From assembly GCA_964496505.1 (NCBI GenBank), contig CAZBZV010000001.1, positions 117,209 to 181,208 on the forward strand: a stretch of 64,000 nucleotides of DNA, read 5' to 3'. Under the pieces are notes generated by a model. The model saw nothing but the letters and a program-made list of their open reading frames with translations, was not told where the DNA came from and searched no databases. The position numbers were made by a program, and so were the translations under genes. Below are positions 37,524-46,524 of this stretch, in pieces (position 1 is the first letter of the stretch; each line of letters begins with the position of its first letter). This DNA is from an uncultured Ignavibacteria bacterium (GTDB lineage Bacteria > Zixibacteria > MSB-5A5 > JAABVY01).

Positions 37524-38729
37524 ATGACAAAGCAGCAAGATTCACCGATTTTTATGTCCAAGGTAGAGTGTCCGGTATGCGGCACAAAATTTGAAGTCGA
37601 AACGATTAAAGTTGGTGCTTATAATGAGGAGGGCCGCGATACGGATTTCCGGCCTAAGAAAAGAAAATGGCTTAATCCAGATTTCCAGAAGTATAATCCG
37701 CTTCTTTTCTTTATGGCTGTTTGTCCAAACTGCTTTTTTACCAAGGAGTTCACCTCAAAATATAAGGACTGGAAAAGCGACACGGTTTTTAAGAATTATC
37801 GCCAGAAAAACCTCAAGGATAAGCATCTCAAGGAATTCAAGAATGATGACGGCGTAATTAAAACTCTGGCTCATAACATCGACGCCGACAAATACCCGTT
37901 CCAGACGGCGGTGCTTAAAATGCTGCTGGGTATATATGACGAGCAGTTTAACCTGCAATACTCTAACCTGGATATCGGCCGGTATTTTCTGCGAATCGCC
38001 TGGCTCTTCCGCGAAAATTCTCAAAGCGATAAAAGCGGCGAAGGACAGCTTGCCAGCCACGCCATGAAAATAGAAGATATTATTCTCAGGCTCTCGGGTT
38101 ACTATGAGCAAATCCGTGAGGATGAAAAAGCGCTGGCCGCTTCATCGGCCGAGTTCATCAAAGATCCCCTCTTTCCGGAAGGCGACAAGAAAAGAGAATT
38201 ATCGGAATGCTATAATGATGCTCTCTCCGATCTGGATGAGACAGTCGAGAAATATAAATCGGCAGTGGTCAAGCTGAAAGGCAGCATATCTTCCAGCAGC
38301 GAGATAGTGGGGGTTAACGCTGAATCGATGGCTCCTCTGGAGCAGCCCTTCAACGGTCACACCAGCTTTCGGGAATATCTCCGTGAATTGAAGAAGATAT
38401 GGCCCGAAGCGCCAACCTCCGAGCACGAGGCCATGAATTCAGCCGCAGAATACTATAGGGCCGCCTATGAAGAGGGCAAGGAAATCTCCGCCGGAAATCA
38501 GGCTATCCAGGCGGTCTATCTTATAGCGGAATTGTCTCGCCGTATCGGCAAAAACAGGGAAGCTCGAGGCTATTTCAACACATCGATAAAATTAGCGCAG
38601 GAATATATTCATGCCAATAAAGGGGACCGTTCGAGGACGGCGCTGGCGCGTAAGATCCTGGAACTCGCACTGGAACAGGGAAAACTGAATCTGAAAACAC
38701 TGGAACAGAGGAAGAATGTCTCCGCTTGA
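37524..38729 (+). CDS. zinc-ribbon protein (DUF2225-like N-terminus CPVCG...VCPNC) with helical C-terminal region
   Basis: 'VECPVCGTKFEVE...DFRPKKRKWLNPDFQKYNPLLFFMAVCPNCFFTKEF'; 401 aa. Confidence 0.55.
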   Translation: MTKQQDSPIFMSKVECPVCGTKFEVETIKVGAYNEEGRDTDFRPKKRKWLNPDFQKYNPLLFFMAVCPNCFFTKEFTSKYKDWKSDTVFKNYRQKNLKDKHLKEFKNDDGVIKTLAHNIDADKYPFQTAVLKMLLGIYDEQFNLQYSNLDIGRYFLRIAWLFRENSQSDKSGEGQLASHAMKIEDIILRLSGYYEQIREDEKALAASSAEFIKDPLFPEGDKKRELSECYNDALSDLDETVEKYKSAVVKLKGSISSSSEIVGVNAESMAPLEQPFNGHTSFREYLRELKKIWPEAPTSEHEAMNSAAEYYRAAYEEGKEISAGNQAIQAVYLIAELSRRIGKNREARGYFNTSIKLAQEYIHANKGDRSRTALARKILELALEQGKLNLKTLEQRKNVSA

Positions 38730-39474
38730 AAAAACATCCGCAAATAACGTGAAAATTCAGCTCTGGGAAAAGCTGGAGCTGGAATGCGGGAAAAACGAGA
38801 ATACCGGAATTTACTTTGCCAGAGTGCAGGACCTTTCCAACGGCGGTATTCTGATCGACCGCCCGATCTGGCTGAGCGGTGAGCCAACATTCAATCCGGA
38901 TGAGTATTTTCTGGTAACGGTCATGCGTGAAGACGGCGCTTACCGATTCAACGGCAGAATAATCAAATCCTTCAAGAAAGGCGATAAGCAATTCTATGTC
39001 ATAAAATACCCGGACAAATTGTACCGGTATCAGAGAAGGGGGTATGTCAGGGTGGAGCTGGATATGAATGTTCATTTCAAGCTTCTAAATGATGTTCTGG
39101 ATTCCAAAATATCTCTGGAGAAATCCAAAGAGTATGTATCTTGCAGTATAAATCTGTCGGCCTCGGGAATCCTGATTAATTCCCTCAAGGTGTTGAAAAA
39201 GGACGATATGGTTGCACTTTATCTGAAGGAAAAATCTCTGCAAATGGATTTTCCGGTTTTTGGCATTGTGCGCAGGATAGTGGATGCGGAGAACAACCGT
39301 ATTCATGCCGGCATTGAGTTTATAACAGCAGAAGAACTCGAGAAACAGCTCGATGCCGAACAGCTAAAGCGCCTCCCGGATTCAATTTTCAGCTTCACCG
39401 ATCGCAGAAGGCAGGCTCTGGTTCAATTCGTATTTAATTATCAGATTAAGCTCAGGCAGAAAGGCCTGATATAG
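38716..39474 (+). CDS. YcgR/MotI(DgrA)-like c-di-GMP-binding flagellar brake protein (PilZN + PilZ)
   Basis: PilZ motifs 'YQRRGYVRV' (RxxxR) and 'NLSASGILI' ((D/N)xSxGG variant). Confidence 0.75.
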   Translation: MSPLEKTSANNVKIQLWEKLELECGKNENTGIYFARVQDLSNGGILIDRPIWLSGEPTFNPDEYFLVTVMREDGAYRFNGRIIKSFKKGDKQFYVIKYPDKLYRYQRRGYVRVELDMNVHFKLLNDVLDSKISLEKSKEYVSCSINLSASGILINSLKVLKKDDMVALYLKEKSLQMDFPVFGIVRRIVDAENNRIHAGIEFITAEELEKQLDAEQLKRLPDSIFSFTDRRRQALVQFVFNYQIKLRQKGLI

Positions 39475-39482
39475 GAGGTATT

Positions 39483-39995
39483 ATGGCCCCGCAAAATCCT
39501 GCTAAGGGAAAAACAGCCGGAAAAACAGGCAAAAAACCGACTGTTAAAAAACCATTTAAGGTCTTCCATCACAAGAGAAGAAAGTATGTCAGACTGGAAG
39601 TCAATAGCCCCATAAAATTCAAGACCTTCAATCCGATTGAGCCGGATTTGAAACTCGATGAGAATGAGACCTGCGAGGGAACGATTCTCAATATCTCCGG
39701 CGGAGGCGTTCTCTTTGAGACCGATTACACCGTGCGCGAAAACGACTACCTCGTATTGGAAATGACCCTGGCCGATGCGGACACCATAACGGGAATCATC
39801 GGCAAGGTCAAGCGTGTCGATACCGATGAGGGCACGCCTTTGGTGGGAATCGAATTCATGTCTCCGGAAAAACTCAAAGCCGAGCTGCCCTCGCATGTGC
39901 TGGATAAAATCGGTGAAGAGATTTACAGCTTCGACGAGCAGTTGAGAAAAATGCTCTTGAAGTATGTCTTCACGCAGAAAGTGGAAAAGGTATAG
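39483..39995 (+). CDS. PilZ-domain protein with basic N-terminal tail
   Basis: 'HHKRRKYVRLEV' (RxxxR) and 'NISGGGVLF' (DxSxGG). Confidence 0.7.
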   Translation: MAPQNPAKGKTAGKTGKKPTVKKPFKVFHHKRRKYVRLEVNSPIKFKTFNPIEPDLKLDENETCEGTILNISGGGVLFETDYTVRENDYLVLEMTLADADTITGIIGKVKRVDTDEGTPLVGIEFMSPEKLKAELPSHVLDKIGEEIYSFDEQLRKMLLKYVFTQKVEKV

Positions 39996-39996
39996 C

Positions 39997-40614
39997 ATGA
40001 AAAGTCCGGCCATTGTATTCTTATTGCTTATCTTTTGCATTGTCGGATCAGTATCCGCCGCCGATCAGATCATGGTCCTGCACGTTATCCAATCCGATGT
40101 CGAGTATATAGATCTCGATCTCAAGAACAGGCTCGGATTTGTCCTCTCCGGTGTCAACGGCCTCGAGCTGGTCTGGGCCGAGGAGATAGAGAGCTGGAAG
40201 GCGGGAAGCGATTTCAGACCCGGGGAGCTACACTCTCATAGATTCCAGCGGGAACTTGTCAATGATTTTGACGCCGATTATCTGATCTGGGTGAAAGTCT
40301 TAAGGGCTCAGTCGAATATCAGCTCATCAACGGTGCTCCCTTTCGTCTTCAAATCTCATAAACGCAAATTCTACCTGGAAACCGAGCTGAGGATAATCGA
40401 TGCCAGAAGCGGCAGGATTGTAAGTCAGGAAAGATTCGAGGAGAGCAGTAATGGTTCGCGAAGTCTGGCTTATCTGGATCTGGATGCCAGCAACGAGCCC
40501 GCCCTGCACTCGCCGTATACGCAGCAGATTATGGCCTTCAGGGAGCTGGAAGAAAAGACCGCACGCAAGATAGCCAAAGCCGTAATAGAAACTGCAAAAC
40601 AGAACCGTCCCTGA
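39997..40614 (+). CDS. hypothetical exported protein
   Basis: Signal peptide MKSPAIVFLLLIFCIVGSVSA; start moved to ATG 39997. Confidence 0.5.
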   Translation: MKSPAIVFLLLIFCIVGSVSAADQIMVLHVIQSDVEYIDLDLKNRLGFVLSGVNGLELVWAEEIESWKAGSDFRPGELHSHRFQRELVNDFDADYLIWVKVLRAQSNISSSTVLPFVFKSHKRKFYLETELRIIDARSGRIVSQERFEESSNGSRSLAYLDLDASNEPALHSPYTQQIMAFRELEEKTARKIAKAVIETAKQNRP

Positions 40615-40708
40615 ACTGTTATAAATATTATGGGGAGATCAGCAGAATCCCAAAAATCCGTGATTTCCCCTTGACATTCCAGGGATATCCTCAAAGCGGG
40701 ATAAAAAG

Positions 40709-42457
40709 ATGTCGTCATCAGTAAAAGCCCTACATGCAAATATCCCTTCCGAGGGAATCTCTGTAAATTCAATAGAGAATCTGCCCTTTCCGTCATTTTT
40801 ATGCAATGAGAATCTGGATGTCATTTCGGTAAATCAGGCTATGACAAATCTTCTCGGAGTTAATGCCCATGGGGATATGCAAATAACCAGCCTGGGACAA
40901 ATCGAATCTCTTCTGGGTGCCCGTTTGCATCCTCAAAATTACCATAACAGCAGTAACAAAGGCGGTCTGGTAAGCTTCACGAATCTCCGGGGTGAGATGC
41001 GTTACTGTACCGTTTCCATGATGCCTCTGGATTTGAAGGACGGTTCGGTATTTATGTATATCCTTCAGGATGAGAGCAGAACATATCTTCTGGGGGAAAG
41101 GCTGGCACGCAAAGATTCCGAGCTGTCGATTTTCTCCCAGGTCGTTTCAGCCCTGGGTTCTCTTTTGAATTTTGATGAAATCCTGCAGATAATTCTGATT
41201 GCGATTACCGCCCGTGAAGGATTGGGCTTTAACCGCGCTTTTTTGTTTTTATACGATCAGGATAAAGCGCAACTGGAAGGTTATACCGGAATCGGACCGT
41301 CATCGCCCGAGGAGGCGGGGCGGATATGGAATTCCCTTCCGGATGAAGGCCGCAGCCTTATTGAGGTTCTGAAAACATATTCGGCAACTATTAACAATTC
41401 TGCGGAAAGTATTGCCGAAAAAGTCAAGAATATCAAAATCCCTCTGGATGCCGAATCTCACCTGCTAAATCAGGTTGTCCTGCACAAAGCTCCTCGAATC
41501 ATCAGTATTGATAATTGCGGCTGCAAGAGTGAATGCGAAGTCTGTATTGCAATGGAAGTGGATCAATTTGCTGCTGTTCCGATGGTGGCAGGGGAGAATG
41601 TACTGGGGGTAATAACCGCTGATAATTTAATAACCGGCCGCTCTATAAAAGAGCGCGATTTATCGCAATTGCAGGTCTTTGCGAATCAGGCCGCGATTGC
41701 CATAGAAAGAACCCGTCTCTACCAGAGCCTTTCAGATTACCTTAAGAAGCTTGAAAAAGCCAACATAAATCTGCGCAATGCCCAGGAAGAATTATTAAAA
41801 ATCGAAAGGGTAACTCTCTGGAGCGAACTCACCTCCGACATTGCTCACGAACTCAGGAATCCCGCCTCCATAATCGGCGGTTTTGCCGCCCTGATCTGTA
41901 AATCTCAGGATTTGCCCGATAATCTAAAAGAACAGGCCAAAATAATTTTTGATGAATGTTCGCGACTCGAGAGCGCGCTGAACACCGTTCTGGATTTCTC
42001 CAAATCGTTTGCTCAGGAAAAAACCGGATTCTGTCTCTTGGATGTTGTTCGGGAAACCTGCGAAATCGTTCTTACCAAAGAGGTTAATCGCCGAATCAGG
42101 ATCCAAGATCCGGAGGATAAATCCTGCTATGTGGTTGAGGGGCGTGTGGATCAGATAAAGTTTGCATATTATACTATAATGTCCATGATATCAGAACGGC
42201 TGTCGCCCTCATGTACCATTAACATCCGCTTTTATTCTGCCGATACTAATCATAAGGCGGTATTTGAGATAGAGTCACCGGATTCGCCAAAAACCGACTA
42301 TCTGGAGGAGATCGCAAATCCGAGTACTGGGAAAGTCGCACTCAGGATGAGTATGGCGGTCGAAGCCATAAAATATAACGGCGGAAATCTCGGAATTGAA
42401 TCGAGTGCCGAGGGGAGGACACGCATTTACGTGGAATGGCCTTATGCAAGGAGATGA
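40709..42457 (+). CDS. cytoplasmic sensor histidine kinase (sensory N-region, GAF domain, HisKA, HATPase_c)
   Basis: H-box 'ELTSDIAHELRNPASIIGG'; GAF-like 'REGLGFNRAFLFLYDQDKAQLEGYTGIGP'; C-terminal ATPase region ending 'GGNLGIESSAEGRTRIYVEW'. Confidence 0.85.
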   Translation: MSSSVKALHANIPSEGISVNSIENLPFPSFLCNENLDVISVNQAMTNLLGVNAHGDMQITSLGQIESLLGARLHPQNYHNSSNKGGLVSFTNLRGEMRYCTVSMMPLDLKDGSVFMYILQDESRTYLLGERLARKDSELSIFSQVVSALGSLLNFDEILQIILIAITAREGLGFNRAFLFLYDQDKAQLEGYTGIGPSSPEEAGRIWNSLPDEGRSLIEVLKTYSATINNSAESIAEKVKNIKIPLDAESHLLNQVVLHKAPRIISIDNCGCKSECEVCIAMEVDQFAAVPMVAGENVLGVITADNLITGRSIKERDLSQLQVFANQAAIAIERTRLYQSLSDYLKKLEKANINLRNAQEELLKIERVTLWSELTSDIAHELRNPASIIGGFAALICKSQDLPDNLKEQAKIIFDECSRLESALNTVLDFSKSFAQEKTGFCLLDVVRETCEIVLTKEVNRRIRIQDPEDKSCYVVEGRVDQIKFAYYTIMSMISERLSPSCTINIRFYSADTNHKAVFEIESPDSPKTDYLEEIANPSTGKVALRMSMAVEAIKYNGGNLGIESSAEGRTRIYVEWPYARR

Positions 42458-42458
42458 T

Positions 42459-42812
42459 ATGCCAAGGGTATTGATCGTCGATGATGAGGAGAACTTCAGA
42501 AAGCTCTACAGCATGGAGCTGAGTTCTGAAGGTTATGATGTTAGTCTGGCGGACTCCGGTCAGGCGGCTATCCGGAGTGTATCCGAAGAGGCCCCTGACA
42601 TAGTGGTCCTGGATGTTAAGATGTCCGGCAAGGACGGGCTGGAAACATTATCCGAACTGAAGAAAAAAAACAAGGCCCTGCCGGTAATCCTGAACACCGC
42701 CTACAACTCGTACAAGAACAACTTTCAGTCCTGGCTGGCCGAGGACTATGTTATCAAATCCGCCGATCTGAGTGAACTGAAAATGAAAATCAGGAATCTA
42801 TTGAAGATCTGA
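42459..42812 (+). CDS. single-domain response regulator (CheY-like receiver)
   Basis: 'RVLIVDDEENFRKL...DIVVLDVKMSGKDGLETL'; start at ATG 42459 just after kinase stop. Confidence 0.85.
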   Translation: MPRVLIVDDEENFRKLYSMELSSEGYDVSLADSGQAAIRSVSEEAPDIVVLDVKMSGKDGLETLSELKKKNKALPVILNTAYNSYKNNFQSWLAEDYVIKSADLSELKMKIRNLLKI

Positions 42813-43171
42813 TGGAAAGCAAAGTCAAACAGATTAAGCCCGAAAATCGGGAAGTGCCGGATAGTATCGTAAGCCTTCTGGAGGAAATCCGTCTAACTTC
42901 GCTGAATCTGGCGGTGGCATCAGCAAAATTCCAGGCCTACAACATTCGCCAGGACAAGATAAAAAAGGACCTGACCGAGGTTGTAGCCCTTGCTCTGGAG
43001 TCTGTGCAGTTTCTATCCAGATTCCTGGAGGAGATCGGCATGAAAACTGCGCAAAAATCATGGCTGACCGAGGAGGTCGACCATGAGAAAGTAAACGAAA
43101 ATCTCAGGAAGCTTTACGATTATCTTGAAAACATAACGGACAATTTCATGAAGGATAAAGGATTGCGCTAA
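42812..43171 (+). CDS. hypothetical helical protein (weak resemblance of 'EIRLTSLNLAVASAKF' to MCP signalling-tip motif)
   Basis: 119-aa ORF translationally coupled to receiver gene; family not recognised. Confidence 0.4.
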   Translation: MESKVKQIKPENREVPDSIVSLLEEIRLTSLNLAVASAKFQAYNIRQDKIKKDLTEVVALALESVQFLSRFLEEIGMKTAQKSWLTEEVDHEKVNENLRKLYDYLENITDNFMKDKGLR

Positions 43172-43265
43172 TAAGAGAGGCAATCATCTTTTGGGGTGTT
43201 TTAATTCGGGTTACCGATCCGTTTTTTGCTTTAAACGAATATGTCACTTAATCGATTTGTACATC

Positions 43266-43292
43266 TAAGCTTAAGTCGTGTTCTGCCGATAA
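43266..43292 (+). promoter_or_regulatory. sigma-28 (FliA/SigD) promoter TAAG-N15-GCCGATAA
   Basis: Exact 15-nt spacer and full -10 GCCGATAA consensus 30 nt upstream of the CheB-like gene start. Confidence 0.6.
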
Positions 43293-43321
43293 TATAAGTT
43301 TAGAAAGGTAAGAAAGGGAAT

Positions 43322-43936
43322 TTGCAATTGGATAACAAGATCATAATTCTGGCGGCATCATTGGGCGGGCCGCCTCTGGTGAATGATATCCTTTCCGGTC
43401 TGCATCCATCATTCGATTTGCCAGTTATGGTACTCCAGCAGATGGAGTCCGATTTCTCCGAGCCTTTAACCCAGGCCTGGAGCAAAACATCCGCACTTCG
43501 AGTGGTAAGATTGTCCGAGGAGGAGGAGATCAGATGCGGCAGCGCCTATGTAATTCCCTATGCTGTTTTTCCCGTATTCTCGAAACATGTTGATGGAATG
43601 AAAGCTCATTCCAGCACTCTGGAAGCGGGCCAGGATGTCAATAATCAATGGGCCAGAGCTATCAAGGAATCGGTTAATGAATACGAGGTTATTCTGGTGC
43701 TGCTGTCCTACATAGGTCTGGATGTATATCAGCTTCATGATTCCCTCGATCTTCTGCGCGAGGGGGAGGGAGTAATCATAAGATGTGTCCCTTCCGGTGA
43801 GAATGATGATGCGCATATTTTTGATGATTCGGATGATGCGGCGTGGCTAGACATGGATATCGATCAGATCGTGGAATATCTGAACAGAATTTCTAGGAGT
43901 AAGTACATATCGGCCAGAAGCGAATCTGGTCATTAG
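43322..43936 (+). CDS. CheB-methylesterase-like domain protein with His->Gln at the catalytic triad position and acidic C-terminal tail
   Basis: 'IIILAASLGGPPLVNDILSGLHPSFDLPVMVLQQMESDF...RVVRLSEEEEIRCGSAYVIPY' aligns to CheB 'IAIGASTGGTEAI...LLITQHMPPGF...[20 protein letters not shown]'. Ser of GASTGG is retained; QHM is QQM here. TTG start. Confidence 0.65.
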   Translation: MQLDNKIIILAASLGGPPLVNDILSGLHPSFDLPVMVLQQMESDFSEPLTQAWSKTSALRVVRLSEEEEIRCGSAYVIPYAVFPVFSKHVDGMKAHSSTLEAGQDVNNQWARAIKESVNEYEVILVLLSYIGLDVYQLHDSLDLLREGEGVIIRCVPSGENDDAHIFDDSDDAAWLDMDIDQIVEYLNRISRSKYISARSESGH

Positions 43937-43968
43937 AATATTTATATTGTTGGTATGGAGGCTGGAAG

Positions 43969-44373
43969 ATGGATGATGCTGTTATACTGGTAGTGGATGA
44001 TGAAGAGATGCTTCGCAAACTCCTCTTCAAAATCCTCGATAAGGAGGGATACAATGTACTCCTGGCGTCATCAGGCAGGGAAGCGCTGGATATACTATCC
44101 AGGGAACGAGTGGATCTGATAGTTACTGATGTTAAGATGCCCGAAATGGATGGCTTTGATCTTTTGAAAAAGGTCAAAGAGAAATATTCGCGCATCGGCG
44201 TTATAGTGATGACGGCATTTGGAGATGCCTATACTGTCAGAGACGCACTGCTTCTCGGCGCGGATGAATATATTACGAAACCGTTTAAGAGCTTCGAGAT
44301 TGTAATGGTCGTCGAGCGGGCGCATTGGAGAATACAATCCTCAAGTCCAAAAGAGGAGTCACCGAAGGCATAA
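43969..44373 (+). CDS. single-domain response regulator (CheY-like receiver)
   Basis: 'VILVVDDEEMLRKLL...LIVTDVKMPEMDGFDLLKKVK...EYITKPF'. Confidence 0.85.
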   Translation: MDDAVILVVDDEEMLRKLLFKILDKEGYNVLLASSGREALDILSRERVDLIVTDVKMPEMDGFDLLKKVKEKYSRIGVIVMTAFGDAYTVRDALLLGADEYITKPFKSFEIVMVVERAHWRIQSSSPKEESPKA

Positions 44374-44436
44374 TAAAAAAAAGGGGCATCCGCAGGATTT
44401 AGATCAGCGGGAAAAGGGCAGAAAGCGGGGAAACCC

Positions 44437-45936
44437 ATGGTACGTGTGACAGACGATATGAAGCTGGCCAAAGTAGATGAGGCATTTAAAATAACTGTGT
44501 CTCATGACAAGCTGCAGGCCTATCTTCGGATTGATTCGGAAAAATTTGAGAATAAGGAACTTACCCCGGAAGTAATTATGGCCAACCTGAAGGCCGCAGG
44601 GGTGGATTTCGGCTTTAAAGAAGATGAGATTCAAAGAATTGTCTCCGAGCTGGTTTTTAATGAGCGCGTTTTAATCGCCGAGGGCCTCCCGCCTCAGACC
44701 GGTAAATCCGCCGAGTTCGAATTCTGTTTTGATCCGGAAAGAAAAGTCGCACCCAAAGAGGGCAGCGACGGCCGTATCGACTACCGTGACATGGATTTTC
44801 TCCAAAACGCCGAACCCGGCCAGGTTCTGATAAAAAAGATTCCCCCGGTCGATGGCACTCCCGGAAAATCAGTAAAAAATGAGGAAATTCCTGCCAAGCC
44901 GGGCAAAGATAAGAAACTGCCCAAAGGCGCTAATACCGATATATCTCCGGACGGCCTCACACTTTCGGCCGAAAAGGCCGGTACAATCGTGTACGCCGGC
45001 GGCATAGTGAGTATCCAGCCGGTGACTGCCATTTCCGGCAGCGTCGATATTTCCACCGGAAATATAACCTGCAAGGGATCGCTGAAGGTGGGCAAGGATA
45101 TCAAGTCCGATTTCAAGGTCGTTGTGAATGGCAACCTTGAAGTCAACGGCAATGTTGAGGATGCCGAGATAGATTGCAAGGGCAATGTCATTGTCAAAGG
45201 CGGTTTCATCGGCAGGGGGGACGGTTGTATCAATGCCGAGGGTGATGTCACCCTGAAATATATTATCAATCAGACTATAAACTCCAGAGGCAATGTCACT
45301 ATTGGCGGCGAGGCGGTTAACGCCAAAATTCATGCCCGTGACAGGATCGAAATGATCGGTTCCAAAGCAAAGGTCGTGGGGGGATGTATGACTGCGCGAA
45401 GGCTAATCAAGGGCGTGACGCTTGGCGCTGATGCTGGAACCAACACGGTGCTAAAAGTCGCGTACGATACGAAGCTTATGGAGCATTATCGCCAGGTCCA
45501 GTCGGAGATTGAGAGGCTCAAGGAAGATGAAAAGCGGGTCAAGGCCGCGCTGGTCGATCTATACCGTTTGCATATGAACAAAAAGCTTCCGCCTCAGAAA
45601 CAGGCTGTTATGAAAAAGCTGGAGGAGTTCAAGAAGAGCCTTCCGGCCCAGTTCGAGGAACTCGACGTTCAGAAAAAAGAGCTGGACAAAAAGATGGCAG
45701 AGTTCAAGAATGCCAAGGTGATCGCCGAGAAGGATGTATATCCCGGAGTGCAGGTTCATATCGGCAAGCAGTACAAAGAATCCGACAGCGTGCGCGGACC
45801 GATGATCTTCGAATTATACAGCGACAGCATAGTGGCATCATCCTACGATAAACAATCGTACGAAGCCAAGGAGAAAGCGCGCAGGGACAAAGAGCAGAAG
45901 GCGCGCCAGGCTCTTGAAGCAGCAGAAAACAGATAA
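44437..45936 (+). CDS. FapA (flagellar assembly protein A, DUF342) family protein
   Basis: N-domain, central beta-helix repeats (GNVxVxGxV... x several) and C-terminal coiled coil, as in DUF342/FapA. Confidence 0.7.
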   Translation: MVRVTDDMKLAKVDEAFKITVSHDKLQAYLRIDSEKFENKELTPEVIMANLKAAGVDFGFKEDEIQRIVSELVFNERVLIAEGLPPQTGKSAEFEFCFDPERKVAPKEGSDGRIDYRDMDFLQNAEPGQVLIKKIPPVDGTPGKSVKNEEIPAKPGKDKKLPKGANTDISPDGLTLSAEKAGTIVYAGGIVSIQPVTAISGSVDISTGNITCKGSLKVGKDIKSDFKVVVNGNLEVNGNVEDAEIDCKGNVIVKGGFIGRGDGCINAEGDVTLKYIINQTINSRGNVTIGGEAVNAKIHARDRIEMIGSKAKVVGGCMTARRLIKGVTLGADAGTNTVLKVAYDTKLMEHYRQVQSEIERLKEDEKRVKAALVDLYRLHMNKKLPPQKQAVMKKLEEFKKSLPAQFEELDVQKKELDKKMAEFKNAKVIAEKDVYPGVQVHIGKQYKESDSVRGPMIFELYSDSIVASSYDKQSYEAKEKARRDKEQKARQALEAAENR

Positions 45937-45980
45937 TCCGAATATGTTTTAAATCATAATTTTATGATGTTTTGAAAGCA

Positions 45981-46005
45981 GGGGTGCCCCAAACTTCAGC
46001 TTGGG
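45981..46005. repeat. inverted copy of the cccaagctgaagcttgg hairpin repeat
   Basis: ggggtgccccaaacttcagcttggg = reverse complement of cccaagctgaagYttggggcacccc seen at 4326 and 7542. Confidence 0.6.
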
Positions 46006-46035
46006 CTTCTCTTTAAAAATTAATCTCCCAATTTT

Positions 46036-46150
46036 TTCGTTGTGCAGGGTCTTGGCCCCCGATGCAATCGAGGGGTGTGACCCTGCGCCTTTTTGATTAA
46101 TAGGATTTTGCGTTGGGTCACACCCTCGACTCCGTAGGGGCAAGACCCAA
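46036..46150. repeat. long imperfect inverted repeat (~45-bp arms, gggtcttggcccc..gggtgtgaccc / gggtcacaccc..ggggcaagaccc) in GC-rich structured intergenic region
   Basis: Arms separated by a ~25-nt AT-rich loop; further small hairpins follow up to ~46300. Confidence 0.6.
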
Positions 46151-46391
46151 CGCTAAGATGTATAAGAGCCTATATACGTCACTCCGAGGGAGTCCCGCCG
46201 AAGGCGAGGACGACAGTGGGAATCTCCTCGGTTGCCTCAAGAATAGTCGTGGAAATTGCCACGTCGCTTTGCTCCTCGCAATGACAAATATCGACGCATT
46301 CAGGGTTTTATCAACACACCCTGAAAATCGGATTACCCAAATATTACAAACCAATCCATCATATTACACCACCGAATCCGTATTATTTTGC

Positions 46392-46420
46392 TTGACATCC
46401 GAATGCGGCTGATGTTAGAT
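46392..46420 (+). promoter_or_regulatory. sigma70 promoter for tRNA-Gly (TTGACA-N17-TTAGAT)
   Basis: Perfect -35, 17-nt spacer, TAnnnT -10, ~7 nt before tRNA 5' end. Confidence 0.65.
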
Positions 46421-46433
46421 ATTTGTTAATCAG

Positions 46434-46506
46434 GCGCGAGTAGCTCAGTTGGTAGAGCCCCAGCTTCCCAAGCTGGCTGTCGCGGGTTCGAGCCCCGTCT
46501 CGCGCT
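46434..46506 (+). tRNA. tRNA-Gly (anticodon CCC)
   Basis: Hand-folded cloverleaf: 7-bp acceptor GCGCGAG/CTCGCGC, D-arm GCTC..GAGC, anticodon stem CCAGC/GCTGG with loop TTCCCAA, T-arm GCGGG-TTCGAGC-CCCGT, discriminator U; followed by T-run. Confidence 0.9.
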
Positions 46507-46524
46507 TTTTGTATTGGTTGGATT

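Noticed and set aside
40615-40708. TTGACA hexamer upstream of the sensor kinase as a sigma70 promoter
   Set aside because: No acceptable -10 element at 16-19 nt spacing, so it was not called.
42812-43171. Calling the 119-aa protein a mini-MCP
   Set aside because: Only a 13-residue stretch loosely resembles the MCP signalling tip. That is too weak without profile support, so it is kept as hypothetical.
46113-46412. 99-aa ORF in the structured intergenic region before tRNA-Gly
   Set aside because: No RBS and it overlaps long inverted repeats. The region is more plausibly non-coding structured DNA/RNA.
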